From NCBI GenBank assembly GCA_951406725.2, contig OX597830.1, forward strand, positions 12,276,001 to 12,340,000: a stretch of 64,000 nt of DNA. Direction: 5' to 3'. The notes below the pieces were generated by a model that saw only the letters and a list, made by a program, of their open reading frames with translations, ran no database searches and was not told the DNA's origin. The stretch comes from Octopus vulgaris (taxonomy: Eukaryota). Below are positions 12,175 to 25,900 of this stretch, in pieces. The position numbers were made by a program, and so were the translations under genes. The first letter of the stretch is position 1, and the number at the start of each line of letters is the position of its first letter.

Positions 12175-14829
12175 ATATGTTTGTGTGTCTGTGTTTGTCC
12201 CCCTAGCATCGCTTGACAACCGATGCTGGTGTGTTTACGTCCCCGTCACTTAGCGGTTCGGCAAAAGAGACCGATAGAATAAGTACTGGGCTTACAAAGA
12301 ATAAGTCCCGGGGTCGATTTGCTCGATCGACTAAAGGTGGTGCTGCAGCATGGCCGCAGTCAAATGACTGAAACAAGTAAAAGAGAAAAGAGTAGAGAGA
12401 GTCATCAACATCTGGAATAAACACACGCTTCAGTTCAACAATAAACGCGCAAGTTGATCGCACATTTAGCGGGGACGAACTGAAAGGTTCAATGAGAAAT
12501 CAAATACCTGCGTTTGGTAACTGCGTTTGGCAATGAAGGGTACAACAAAAAAGGCGGCGAGCTGGCAGAAACGTTAGCACGCGTGGCGAAATGCTTCGCG
12601 GCATTTCGTCTGCCATTACGTTCTGAGTTCAAATTCCGCCGAGGTCGACTTTGCCTTTCATCCTTTTGGGGTCAATAAATTAAGTACCAGTTACATTCTG
12701 GGATCGATATAATCGACTTAATCCCTTGGTTGTCCCTTCTATGTTTAGCCCACTGTGGGCAATGAAGAAATAAGTGAAGGGTACAACAAAAGGATACAAA
12801 ACTCAGGAAGAAAAATGCCTGAAAAGTGTGTGGAATGCAGTTTGGCCACTCAGAAAAGCGGAAACAATATAGATCAGTAAATGTCTCTTTCCGAATTGAG
12901 AAAATGAAAGAGCACTCTGCTAATTCTTATGTTTTGGGTGAATTAAACCGAATTTCAGTGTGGAGGCGCAATGGCCCAGTGGTTAGGGCAGCGGACTCGC
13001 GGTCATAGGATCGCGGTTTCGTTTCCCAGACCGGGCGTTGTGAGTGTTTATTGAGCGAAAACACCTAAAAAGCTCCACGAGGCTCCGGCAGGGGATGGTG
13101 GTGATCCCTGCTGTACTCTTTCACCACAACTTTCTCTCACTCTTACTTCCTGTTTCTGTTGTACCTGTATTTCAAAGGGCCGGCCTTGTCACTCTCTGTG
13201 TCACGCTGAATATCCCCGAGAACTACGTTATGGGTACACGTGTCTGTGGAGTGCTTGACCACTTACACGTTAATTTCACGAGCAGGCTGTTCCGTTGATC
13301 GGATCAACCGGAACCCTCGTCCTCGTAACCGACGGAGTGCTTCCATGCAAACCGAATTTCTATTCAAATGGCTCGGCTACCGAAGTAACGATTTATAACG
13401 TGCTTCCAAACTATATCCTACTTACAAAGAATTGACAATTGCATTTTTCTGATCTGATCGTGACTTCTTCAAGTAGACATAAATATGTGGATAATGTTGG
13501 TGGCTTCTGCTATGTCTGTGGCTCCTTCACACTTATTCGTCAAAGGTGCAATATTACATTGTATGGGAGTCGGGCTTATAAAGCCTATTTTGGAATTCTC
13601 CTAAGCAACCAAGGCAAATCAAGGCAAAAATGGGCCCCTCATGTTGTGTGTCATAACTGTGGGGAAATGCTTTGTGGCTGGACAAAAGGAAAAAGAAAGG
13701 GTCTGCCGTTTGGAGTTCTTATGGTTTGGCAAGAGACCAGGGACTACACAAGTGACTGATATTTTTGTATGATCAACACAAACGTTATTGACAAGAAAAT
13801 TAGACGTAAAATATCTTATCCCGATATTCCTCTAGCATTTGACCCATTATGCACTTTGAGACACTCTCGATTCCCGTTTTCCTTGGGCTTACCTCTTCTA
13901 AAGATGAAGCTAGTGAACAAGAGTACGAAGATGATAACGAAAATCAAGGGGTGTCAAAAAGTTCACACACAGTTCCATACTTCGCACCCCTGCCGATAAA
14001 CCTAACAGTTGGCAGATAGTCTGCCAATTCCTACGCAATTTCCTCATCAGAGAAGACCTTGATGGTGTCGAGGACCCTGAAATAGGGTCTTAACACTACC
14101 ATTCTCTCCGTATAATTTTTCAACTATTCTTTGGGGGCTACAATTTTCCACTCCAAAGTGGATTTCACAGTTGCCATGTTGATAGCCAAAACAAAAATAA
14201 ATAAAACACAAACAAAAATCAAAATATTCAAATGAAAGTCTATAAAGTAACTCAAAACAGATCAGAAAGACAGACAGGAGAAGAAAGAGCGAAGGAATAT
14301 AGTCCAAAATGGCAACGCAACACAGCACAATTCTGCTACTCTGGTAATCCAAACTGGTAGTCCTTCACAGCACAGATGATATTCCGTCCAACTCTGGTTG
14401 TACTCCTATCCTTTATGGTAAAAATCCACTTGAAAGGGCAAAAATACAGTCATAAAAAATTCCAATAAATATTTTCGGAGGGACACGCCTCTCAAAATAA
14501 ACACAATTCTCTCTACGAAGTGAGTGTTCTTGCACGACCACTGGCAAACAAATGCCTGGAACCCAGTGGAGATCCCTGTTCGAAAAAATTCTTAAATACA
14601 AACAGCAGACCTCACTAAGCTCCCCCAAAATAAATGCTTTACCTGTAGTCGTGCTTCTAGTGTTCAATTTTTCACGTACGACGTGACTTCGACCGCAACG
14701 AAAAACAACGCGATAACTTGGTAGCGGTAAGCAAGCTACTTACCACAGCCACTTCATATTTTTATGAATTTCTGTATATATACATACACACATATATAAA
14801 TCAAGTCTGTATGTAAAAACGTGTGTGCT

Positions 14830-14868
<39 letters not shown>

Positions 14869-17857
14869 GTGTACGTGTGTGTGTGTGTGTGTGCTTGAAG
14901 GCAGGGATTTATCTATTTATCTATCCGGAACATTCAACATGGTGTATGTGTAATATGTGTCGGAATCCATTGACAATGTGTGTGTGTGTGTGTATACATT
15001 TGTCTATGTGTGTGCGTGTGTGTGTGCGTGTGTGTGAGTGTATGTATGTGTGTGTGTGTGTGCGCATATGAACGCATACATGCGTGTTGTGGGTAGAGAG
15101 AAAAAGGGCGAGAGAGAAAATTCCTTATTCAACCTCCAAATGCTTCGGAAAATGCATCAGTATCAACCAAGTTTCTATAACTATCTGTAAGGAAAAAAAA
15201 TATATCCAATAATCAAAAATCACACATTACTAACCGTTTTTCTTGTACACAAGTTGATTTCCTGGTTTTGTCTTTTCATCTTCACTCAGCCAATAATCAA
15301 GGCTATCTTGCACACGCATGTTCCCGGGAAGCCATTTGAATATAACGTTTTCTATTGGATCTCTTTGACCACCCGTCCACGAGACAGAGCTTCAAGTAAA
15401 CAGTAGTGAAATATAGAGAAAATTAAGTTAGTTAATATTGAATAAATGCGTCTCGCGTGTACAAAAGCATGAACACTTTTAGGGTAAGCAATATCTGGCG
15501 ATTACTTCAACAGTTTTTAAGACCTATTCGGTCATTTAAAGTGTTATTTTGTTTATGAGAAACACTATGGCATGTATTGAATAACTGGTAAAACTATTTT
15601 GTGCTTTCAAAGAAATTACCAAATATTTTGCCTAATATATAAAATTACCTTGTGTATCGGATGTAATATTCTGCCCAGATTCCTAAAATGTAAAATTCTG
15701 TTTCTTTTGATCATCCCAAACATAAGATTTAATCATAAGAATTACGAGTACAGATTATAAGACACGGGTTCAAATTAAAGCTCATCAAAATACTATGTGA
15801 GTTGGTTTCTATTTTTCTAATAAATAATAACAAGTATGACAATTAATATACATTTACATTAAAAGCAACGAGTACTGTATGCCATTTCGTTTGTAATTAT
15901 AAAAGGTTAATCCATATAGTTGTTACTAATACAGGCATGAGGCCTCATATTTTGTAAGGAGGAAGATATAGCCGATCAGATCGAACATCAGCAGATTACT
16001 AGTACGCTTAACGACAGCTAATTCTTTAGCTGGTAAAGTAAGTAACGTGGAGGCGCAATGGCCCAGTGGTTAGGGCAGCGGACTCGCGGTCGTAGGATCG
16101 CGGTTTCGATTCCCAGACCGGGCGTTGTGAGTGTTTATTGAGCGAAAACACCTAAAGCTCCACGAGGCTCCAGCAGGGGATGGTGGTGATCCCTGCTGTA
16201 CTCTTTCACCACAACTTTCTCTCACTCTTACTTCCTGTTTCTGTTGTACCTGTATTTCAAAGGGCCGGCCTTGTCACTCTCTGTGTCACACTGAATATCC
16301 CCGAGAACTACGTTAAGGGTACACGTGTCTGTGGAGTGCTCAGCCACTTACACGTTAATTTCACGAGCAGGCTGTTCCGTTGATCGGATCAACCGGAACC
16401 CTCGTCGTCGTAACCGATGGAGTGCTTCCAAAGTAAGTAACAAGGAAATTTCTTATTCTGTATATTAAACATGAATTACTTTTTGTTAATGAAATACAAT
16501 ATTTTCGATGCTAAAGATATCAATGAGCAGCTTACCTGTCCGTGTAAAGTATTTCCCACTGACTTTTAATGAAGTTATGTTCATCTATGTTCCCAATACG
16601 AACCAGCTCGGCTCCATTTTCCTGAAATGAATACAGATCATAACATCTCTATACTAAAAATAACTAACGACGTGACTGTATGTTACCTTTAGCCGTTATA
16701 ACAGGAAAACGTACGACTTATAATACTTGTATAAAATACTTATATTTATTCGATTTCCATTAATAATTTATATATTTCTTTACTACCCACAAGGGGCTAA
16801 ACACAGAGGAGACAAACAAGGACAGACAAACGGATTAAGTCGATTACATCGACCCCAGTGCGTAACTGGTACTTAATTTATCGACCCCGGAAGGATGAAA
16901 GGCAAAGTCGACCTCGGCGGAATTTGAACTCAGATCGTATTTCGTCTGCCGTTACGTTCTGAGTTCAAATTCCGCCGCGGTCGACTTTGCCTTTCATCCT
17001 TTCGGGGTCGATTAAATAAGTACCAGTTACGCACTGGGGTCGATATAATCGACTTAATCCGTTTGTCTGTCCTTGTTTTATCCTCTCTGTGTTTAGCCTC
17101 CCTGTGGGCAGTAAAGATAAGATAAGATTTAAGAAACACACAAAAACCGTTAGATTCACTTCAACATATAAATTTAATTTGTCAAAATATTTTCGTCGCT
17201 TTGAGACCGCGACCTGTTCACTGACAAAACTTCGTGCTGCATCTCAGAAGTTTTGTCAGTGAACAGGTCGCAGTCTCAAAGCAACAAAAATATTTTGACA
17301 AATTAAACTTAAATGTTGAAGTGAATCGAACGGCTTTTGTGTGTTTCTTAAATGGCTTACAAACACCTTCCACGCTGCAATTGCTTTCGTTCCAGCACAC
17401 GATCTCAGATCAAATCACTTGCTATGCAAGTACATCTCCGTAAAAAAGTAATCTTCCTAATTTCAAAAATGTTGCATATATTGAAAGTAATCAAAACTGT
17501 ATAGTATTTGGGGAGTGATAAATACAATCCCCTTATTTTTCTGTTATTTTGGCATTTTTATTTACATCTTCGTACCTATGGTAAGGCTTACCAATGAAAA
17601 AAGTTTCACCAAAATTTATAGACATAAAAAATATCAGCTGAGCATTATACTCTTTGCTTTCTTTTACTTATTTCTAGTCATTTGACTGTGGCCATGCTGG
17701 AGCACCGCCTTTAGTCGAGCAAATTGACCCCGGGACTTATTCTTTGTAAGCCTAGTACTTATTCTATCGGTCTCTTTTGCCGAACCGTTAAGTGACGGGG
17801 ACGTAAACACACCAGCATCGGTTGTCAAGCGATATTGGGGGGACAAACACAGACACA

Positions 17858-17917
<60 letters not shown>

Positions 17918-19811
17918 CATATGTACTACGGGCTTCTTTCAGTTTCCGTCTACCAAATCCACTCACAAGGCTTTGGTTGGCCCGAGGCTATAGTAGAAGA
18001 CACTTGCCCATGGTGCCACGCAGTGGGACTGAACCCGAAACCATGTAGTTGGTTAGCAAGCTACTTACCACACAGCCACTCCTAAAAAAAAGACAGCAGA
18101 ATACCAAGATTAAACAGAATGTCTGCAGCTACTAAATAGAGCTGTTGTCTGTTAAGTTAGAAAATTAATCATACAAAGAGGAAATACTGTATGTATGTAT
18201 GCATGTGTATGTATATATGCATGTGTGTATGTATGTGTGTATGTATGTATGTATGTATGCATGTGTGTATGTATGTGTGTATGTATGTGTGTATGTATGT
18301 ATGTATGTATGTATGTGTGTATGTATGTATGTATGTATGTATGTATGTATGTGTGTATGTATGTATGCATGTGTGTATGTATGTATGTATGTATGCATGT
18401 ATGTATGTATGTATGTATGCATGTATGTATGTATGTATGTATGTATGTATGTATGCATGTATGTATGTATGTATGTGTGTATGTATATATGTGTGTATGT
18501 ATTTATGTATGTATTTATGTATGTATGTATGTATGTACGTATGTATGTATGTATGTATGTATGTATGTATGTATGTATGCATGTACGTATGTATGTATGT
18601 ATGTATGTATGTATGTATGTATGTGTGTATGTATGTATGTATGCATGTACGTATGTATGTATGTATGTATGTATGTATGCATGTACGTATGTATGTACGT
18701 ATGTATGTATGCATGTATATATGTATGTATGTATGTATGCATGTGTGTATGTATGTATGTATGTATGTATGTATGTATGTATGTACGTATGTATGTATGT
18801 ATGTATGTATGTGTGTATGTATGTATGTATGTATGTATGTATGCATGTATGTATGTGTGTACGTATGTATGTATGCATGTATGTATGTATGTATGTATGT
18901 ATGTATGCATGTGTGTATGTATGTATGTATGTATGTATGTATGTATGCATGTATGTATGTATGTATGCATGTGTGTACGTATGTATGTATGCATGTATGT
19001 ATGTGTGTACGTATGTATGTATGCATGTATGTATGTATGTATGTATGTATGTATGTATGTACGTATGTATGTATGTATGTATGTATGTATGTATGTATGT
19101 ATGTATGCATGTATGTATGTATGTATGTATGCATGTATGTATGTGTGTACGTATGCATGTGTGTATGTATATATGCATGTATGTATGTATGTATGTATGT
19201 ATGTATGTATGCATGTATGTATGCATGTATGTATGTGTGTATGTATGTATGCATGTGTGTATGTATGTATGTATGTATGTATGTGTGTATGTATGTATGT
19301 GTGTATGTATGTATGTATGCATGTATGTATGTATGTATGTATGTATGCATGTATGTATGTATGTATGTATGTATGTATGTATGTATGCATGTATGTATGC
19401 ATGTATGTATGTGTGTATGTATGTATGCATGTGTGTATGTATGTGTGTATGTATGTATGCATGTGTGTATGTATGTATGTATGTATGTATGTATGTATGT
19501 ATGTATGTATGTATGTATGTATGTATGTATGTATGTATGTATGTATGTATGTATGTATGTATGTATGTATGTATGTATGTATGCATGTATGTATGTATGT
19601 ATGTATGTATGTATGTATGTATGTATGTATGTATGTATGTATGTATGCATGTGTGTATGTATGTATGTATGTATGCATGTATGTATGTATGCATGTATGT
19701 ATGTATGTATGTATGTATGCATGTGTGTATGTATGCATGTATGTATGTGTGTACGTATGCATGTATGTATGTATGTATGTATGTATGTATGTATGTATGC
19801 ATGTGTGTATG

Positions 19812-19845
<34 letters not shown>

Positions 19846-22800
19846 TGTGTGTATGTATGTATGTATGCATGTGTGTATGTATATATGTATGTATGTATGT
19901 ACGCATGTGTGTATGTATGTATGTATGTATGTGTGTATGTATGTATATATGTATGTATGTATGTATGTGTGTGTGTGTGTATACATGTATGTATGTATAT
20001 GTGCAGATTCGTATGTTTTGCCTTATGTATGTATTCTCATGCATATAGTTGTATATCTAGACATGCTCATATGTATTCAAATGATGAACTTCTGGAAAGT
20101 TTTATAGATTTTTACAGTTCCAGTGATGGATTAGATCTGTATTCTTCGAATAAGCTTTCTCCTTTCTGGTTTTGAGAAACCTAATTACTCAAGATTGGTA
20201 TCTAGGCAGTATTTTACATATCCCAGAGCCCCAATTATTATAGATATAAACCCGAATTTGTAATCTGGATAGAGTAACTGCAGATTCGTCAATAGTTCAG
20301 CGTAGGTGTTCTCTTTGTCACTGATCTTCAGCTTTATGTTTACATCCGCTGGGCAGCAACTTTCCACAACTGTGCACAGTTTCTCTTCTCTACCCCAAAT
20401 CATCATCTCAGGTCTGCTGTGCCTACATCTTATTAAGGTCTTCACTGGTACATTCCACCATTGTTCTTTTTTATTATGAATGGCTATGGCTTCTACCATA
20501 TTGTGGGTACCTATATCTTTATCCTCGGGATTATCCTCCCGACGGATTTCATTATAGAGTGTCCTAGCTACAACGTCATATTTCATCGGTAGATAATACC
20601 GTGATGACGAACTCCACAAAGTCTGCATCGGTTGTAACACTTTACGGTTTTACCTGTATCTCTATTCCTTTTGTGCCTCAGGTACTTGTTTGATATTTCC
20701 TGTTTCTTGATTGCAAACGCACATCATTCAAAGTGGGAGGTAGTAATCCGGCTATTGGTCCATGCTAAACTGCTTTGATGATCGATGTTGCTATCATCAC
20801 GGTGCTTTCTACTAACATATCCATGCATAGTCTTCTGCTCATACAGGCTCATCCTTTCATCTGATGATACGTTACGGTAGAGTCGTGTGACTTCTTTGGG
20901 CATGTATTCTAGGTTATCAGACAAAGAGTGTTGCTCAAGGAGCTGCCTTCCAAGTCTTATGATGCTATCAGCCTCATGTATACAAACTTGCTCAAGGGAT
21001 GCACTTCGACACTTGGTGGTTAAAAGATGTTGCCGGAGGGATATGATGCGACATTCAAAAGTATTTTGGATCGATGTTAAGCCTCTTCCTCCTTGTTTTC
21101 GTTTTTGGTAGAGGCGGTCTTCATCACTGTTTATGTGGAAATTATGTGTGCTTCTTAGAATTTTTCGGGTTTTCACATCAATGGCTCGGATCTCATCAAG
21201 CGTCTAATCAAGCATCCCAAATGTTGGTATGAGTACTGGCACTGTAAACACATTGTGGGCCACTGTTTTATTGGATGCAGAGAGTCCTGAGGTCCAAATT
21301 TTCTTTATTCGGTTGTAATATTCTTTAGTGACATGTGTTTTGTTATAGGTGCGTGCCACTGTAAGATATATTTTCATCTACCCCTAGACACCTGTAACAT
21401 TCCTCGTCAGATGCAGGGGAAACAGTTAAATCATTAATGGAGATGTTACTAGTCTGGTTTATAGTTTTCCCCCTTTTCACAACCATATAACAACATTCAT
21501 CCTGACCAAACTCCAATCCTACATCCTTTGAGAATGTTGTAACTAGGTCAAGGCTCTTTTTCATCTCTTGCATACTTTACATAAAGTTTTAAGTCATCTA
21601 CAAAGAAAGAGTGCGTAATTTTGGCATTTCTGTTTCCTTGAGATACTCTTCAGTGTTCCTTACCATGAATGACAAGGAGTTTACGGAGAGTATAAACAAC
21701 ATCACAGAGAGGCTGTCTCCTTGGAATACACCTTTGCGATACTGTATTCTATCGGTGATAATACAGTTACACTTTGTGTTTAATTTCAAGATGGTGGCGC
21801 ACGATGAATTCAGGTCAACTATGGCTTTGATTATTCTCACTGGAACTTTAGCAAACTGAAGGGCGTCTAGCATCCATGAGTGGGGAACAGAAGCAAAATC
21901 TTTCTTGTAGTCTAGCCACATTGAAACTAGGTTCATCCTAAGCTCTCACACGTCTGACACCACAGTTTTGTTGATTAACAATTGTTCGGCACATCTCCAG
22001 ACTCCCTTCTTCCTATCTGCTTGATATTACTTTCACAATGGTCCTGGAGGAAGAGGTTTAAACATGCTGTATATATTTGATACATTAAGTTCTGGCATGC
22101 AATTGACCGGTAGTTTTTTGCTATGTGAGTGGTTCTGCATTTGGGGATCAATTTTGTCTCTGCCAAAGCTAACCAGTGTGGTATGCTACTTTTACTAATA
22201 CAAGCTTGCTGGTACAGATTGATAAGATATATTTGGTAGAATGTTAGCTTCTTGAACCAATATCCAACAATCAAGTCTTTTCCATCGTGGAGTTTCTGGA
22301 TCACAGTTGCAAGTTTCACCATCAATGTTGTATGTCTTGGATGTAATCCAGGAGCAATAACGTTTTCGGATTTCTTCCAGCCACAGAACGTCTTGGTTAA
22401 ATTCCTTCTCTTCACTCCAGATTTTCTTTCAGAAGGAGTCTATGTCTTCTCGTGAAGGAGCTTCTGTGATGTTCACTGCTCCTCCTCTCATGTCTCTGTA
22501 TACTGCTGCCTGGTTGCGGTTAAGTGTTTTGCTTATTGTTATTCTCTCGGTTATTCTCTTCTGATGTCGGAGTTTTTCCCTTGACAGCTTTTAGTTCCTG
22601 CTTGAGGGTAATCACTTTGCAAGTGAGTGTCCTCTTTTTGCTGTCTCCAAACATCATTTCTATCTCCTTCTTTACTTTCGGTTGGTGGGACGTATAGTGA
22701 TTTGCTTGTTTGCATGCAATAAGCAACATTGATTACAGAAGACCATCAGTCTTCCGTAAACCAGTTATCTTTTCCTCTGTTTTCAAAACCCACGATGGTA

Positions 22801-22915
22801 CTTTATATCGGTTTTGTTTACTTTTTGAATATCATACGTCTACTGTTTTACAGTAGTACCCAGAGCATATAGACAGGCGCTCAGTAAGGGCACATTTCAC
22901 CGGCATACAATCCTG

Positions 22916-22963
<48 letters not shown>

Positions 22964-25900
22964 GCAATTGTTGCAGTTGTGCCTGCTATTTACCATAGTC
23001 GTAGTAGGGGGACAGTGGTCAGTTACTTGAGCCAGTAATGTAGTTTGGCTGGCAGTCTCTATAGAATCTGTTGGAATGTCGCTATCTGCGAAATCACGTG
23101 GTGGTCTTAATACCATTCACGTTTTCGTTTTTGTTTATAGAGTTGGTTAGAAGGTTAATTTTCCATTTCTTAATAAAGTTACAGTTACAAACCTTCTTTC
23201 TATGTTCTACAAATGTAGAAGGCGGCAAGCTGGCAGAAACGTTAGCACGCCGGGCGAAATGCGTAGCCGTATTTCGTCTGCCCTTTACGTTCTGAGTTCA
23301 AATTCCGCCGAGGTCGACTTTGCCTTTCATCTTTTCGGGGTCGATAAATTAAGTACCAGTTACGCACTGGGGTCGCTGTAATCGACTTAATCCGTTCGTC
23401 TGTCCTTGTTTGTCCCATCTATGTTTAACCCCTTGTGGGCAATAAAGAAATATATGTCCTACAAATGTTGCTTGTTGGCGTAGTTGCTTCGCAGTAAAAT
23501 GATTTAATTCTGGATGCAGATCGCTCCAATATGATTTCAATCGTTTCATATAGCGAACAGCGGGGTTTTGTTTCCCTTTTTCGTAGCAGTTAAATAAGAT
23601 CATTATTCAATTCATAACTCCAAGAGAAATGAATTTTGTGGTTACAGTTTCTCCTATAACTACAGCTAGAAAGAATTTGTTTACCTGTTGAGCTGTTATT
23701 TTCGTTCTGTTTCTCGATTGTGTTGTTGTTGATGTTGTGTCCAGCCATGTTGTTTGAAGTACCTCTCTGCATGTATTTTAAAGGGCAACCTGGACATCTC
23801 ATCATCAATATTTATTTCTTTGCAACAGCTACTGATTCATTTCTTACTCTCATCTAAACGTGAGAAGCCAGTTATCTCCTCTACAGCAAAACCCTTCTCT
23901 GCCCCATCTCTCATATCCTCATCTGCTAGCATAAAGCCCTTCCACTCGAGTTTCATAGGATTGTAACCTCACTAATGCCGGTGGAACAAGAAACATCAAG
24001 CACTAGACAATGTAAAGTGGCTGGCGTTAGGAAGGGCATCCAGCTGTAAAAACCTTTCAGAGGGAAATTCCTTCCAGACTATTTCTGAATGAGGCTGGCC
24101 CCTTTGCTCATAACTGCCTAGTTGTTGTCCGCCTGAGGATCGGAGAAAAAGTTTAACAGTCCCTTTTCCCTGTGATCCAAGACGCTATTCAGTGGCACAC
24201 ACTACCACTCCAGGTGTCAAGCGGCAAGTCCACTGATATAAACCATAGGGTTAGACACTTATGTAAAGAATACGAGTGACTAGATGAACTCTACTGGATA
24301 TCAGAAGTAAGGAAAACTGTAAAGGAATTAAAGATCAGCGTGACTGAGGCGCAATAAATGAAACAGAGGAACACACGCTGAAATACAAACAAATGGAATC
24401 CCAGAGCCGTGAAATAGATGGGAAAGTAAGGCATTGCATAGCAAATACCCTACAAGGGTCAGCGATTCTGTGGCTGCACGGAGACTTAAAGCAGAAATAG
24501 TAAGCTTCACTACGGCCACTCAGGATCATTGTCTGCCCTCCACAAACTATCAAGCAGGCATTTTTAAAAAATGGCACTGATTCCGCCTGCAAAAGTTTTG
24601 GTGCAGCCAGAGAAACAATTGACCACTTCATCTCTGGATGCTTTATGCTAGCCTCAAATGAATATATTCATTTGAGGCTCACATAGAGCCATTGTCAGTA
24701 TTTGCACAGGATTATATGCCTTAAGTGTAGACTCCCATATGAGAAGAAATGGTGGGAACATAAGCCTGCCAAAGTCGTAGAAAATAAAGATATCAACGTT
24801 CTTTGATTATTCAAACTGATTGAGATAATCAGACCTGAAATTGTACAAAATCATGTTGGCAAATCATGTTTGTTTATAAATATATCAATCCTAGCAGAAA
24901 GCAACATTTCTGTAAAAACATTCAAAACGTTTAGTAAATAAAAGGACCGTGAAATAGAGGTCTCAAAATTTACTTATGGCCATCGAAGCTTTGGGGACAT
25001 TACCAAATAATAATAGTTTCAAATATGGCACAAGGTCTGCAATTTTAGGGGAAGGGATAAGTCAGTTACATCGACCTCAGGGCTCAATTATTCTATAGAC
25101 CCCGAAAGGATGAAAGGTGATGTTTGAGCTTAGAACATAAAGCCGGAAGAAATGTTGCAAATCATTTTGTCCGGCGTGCTAACGATTCTACCACTTCGTC
25201 GTCTTAATGATGATAATGATGATTGCTTTTATTAATCACTAGGCGTTTAGAAAGAGCTCGAGAAAAGTACAGAACAATACAATGCAATATGATGTGATAT
25301 GATGTAGGGTCATGTGAACGTGTATAAACAGTGAAAATTGCATAAGCAAAGAAACAAAAATTAAAAGTAAATTCCACAAAAGTAGGGAGACTTTGAAGGG
25401 ATACTTTCAGAAAACCATTTTCACCCGGAACTATAGAGTAAGTGCCCTCTCTCTATTCGCTTCTCCCATGGTTAGAACAGGCCCTTTTCTCAGACCATTC
25501 TTGCTACTCTCTCCTAACTTTTGACAAATTTTCTCGAAAGCATCACTTCCCTCTGCACCTTTATTTTCTTTCTCAAGCGAAAATTGAGAAAGATGATGCG
25601 GACATGGCCAAAAAGGAAAGTTTCAGTCTTGTCCACTACACAACCTCTTTCAATCTGGTCCATCATTGACAAGATCTTCCTTGGTCTTGTAAATGATGGA
25701 CGCTCAACCGCTTCAAGATTAGCCAGTGGCCTTGATAAAAAATATTTATCAATGACAGAGGCACTGTTATGCTATATATCTGTTTCTTTATTACACACAA
25801 GGTAATACATGGTCATATGCTGGTATCTTTTAAATATATGTTTCTTTACTACCCACAAGGGGCTAAACAAAGAAGGGACAAACAAGGACAGACAAACGAA

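Noticed and set aside
12957-13040. tRNA-like cloverleaf heads (also at 16047, 11325, 35610-35683, 54399)
   Set aside because: They continue into SINE bodies with TSDs and lack a proper acceptor stem and terminator; SINE heads, not tRNA genes.
13044-13298. Recurrent small ORFs (MFIERKHL..., MSSNARGTNT..., MRNWYL...) suggesting a multicopy gene family
   Set aside because: They recur only because they lie inside SINE families A, B and C; frames are not conserved between copies.
14050-14720. Possible LTR or LINE fragment
   Set aside because: Looks like foreign sequence, but I found no paired LTR, PBS/PPT or recognisable protein motif.
18152-20175. Six overlapping ORFs of 500-660 aa (MYVC/HTYI repeats)
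   Set aside because: Translation artefacts of the (TATG)n microsatellite.
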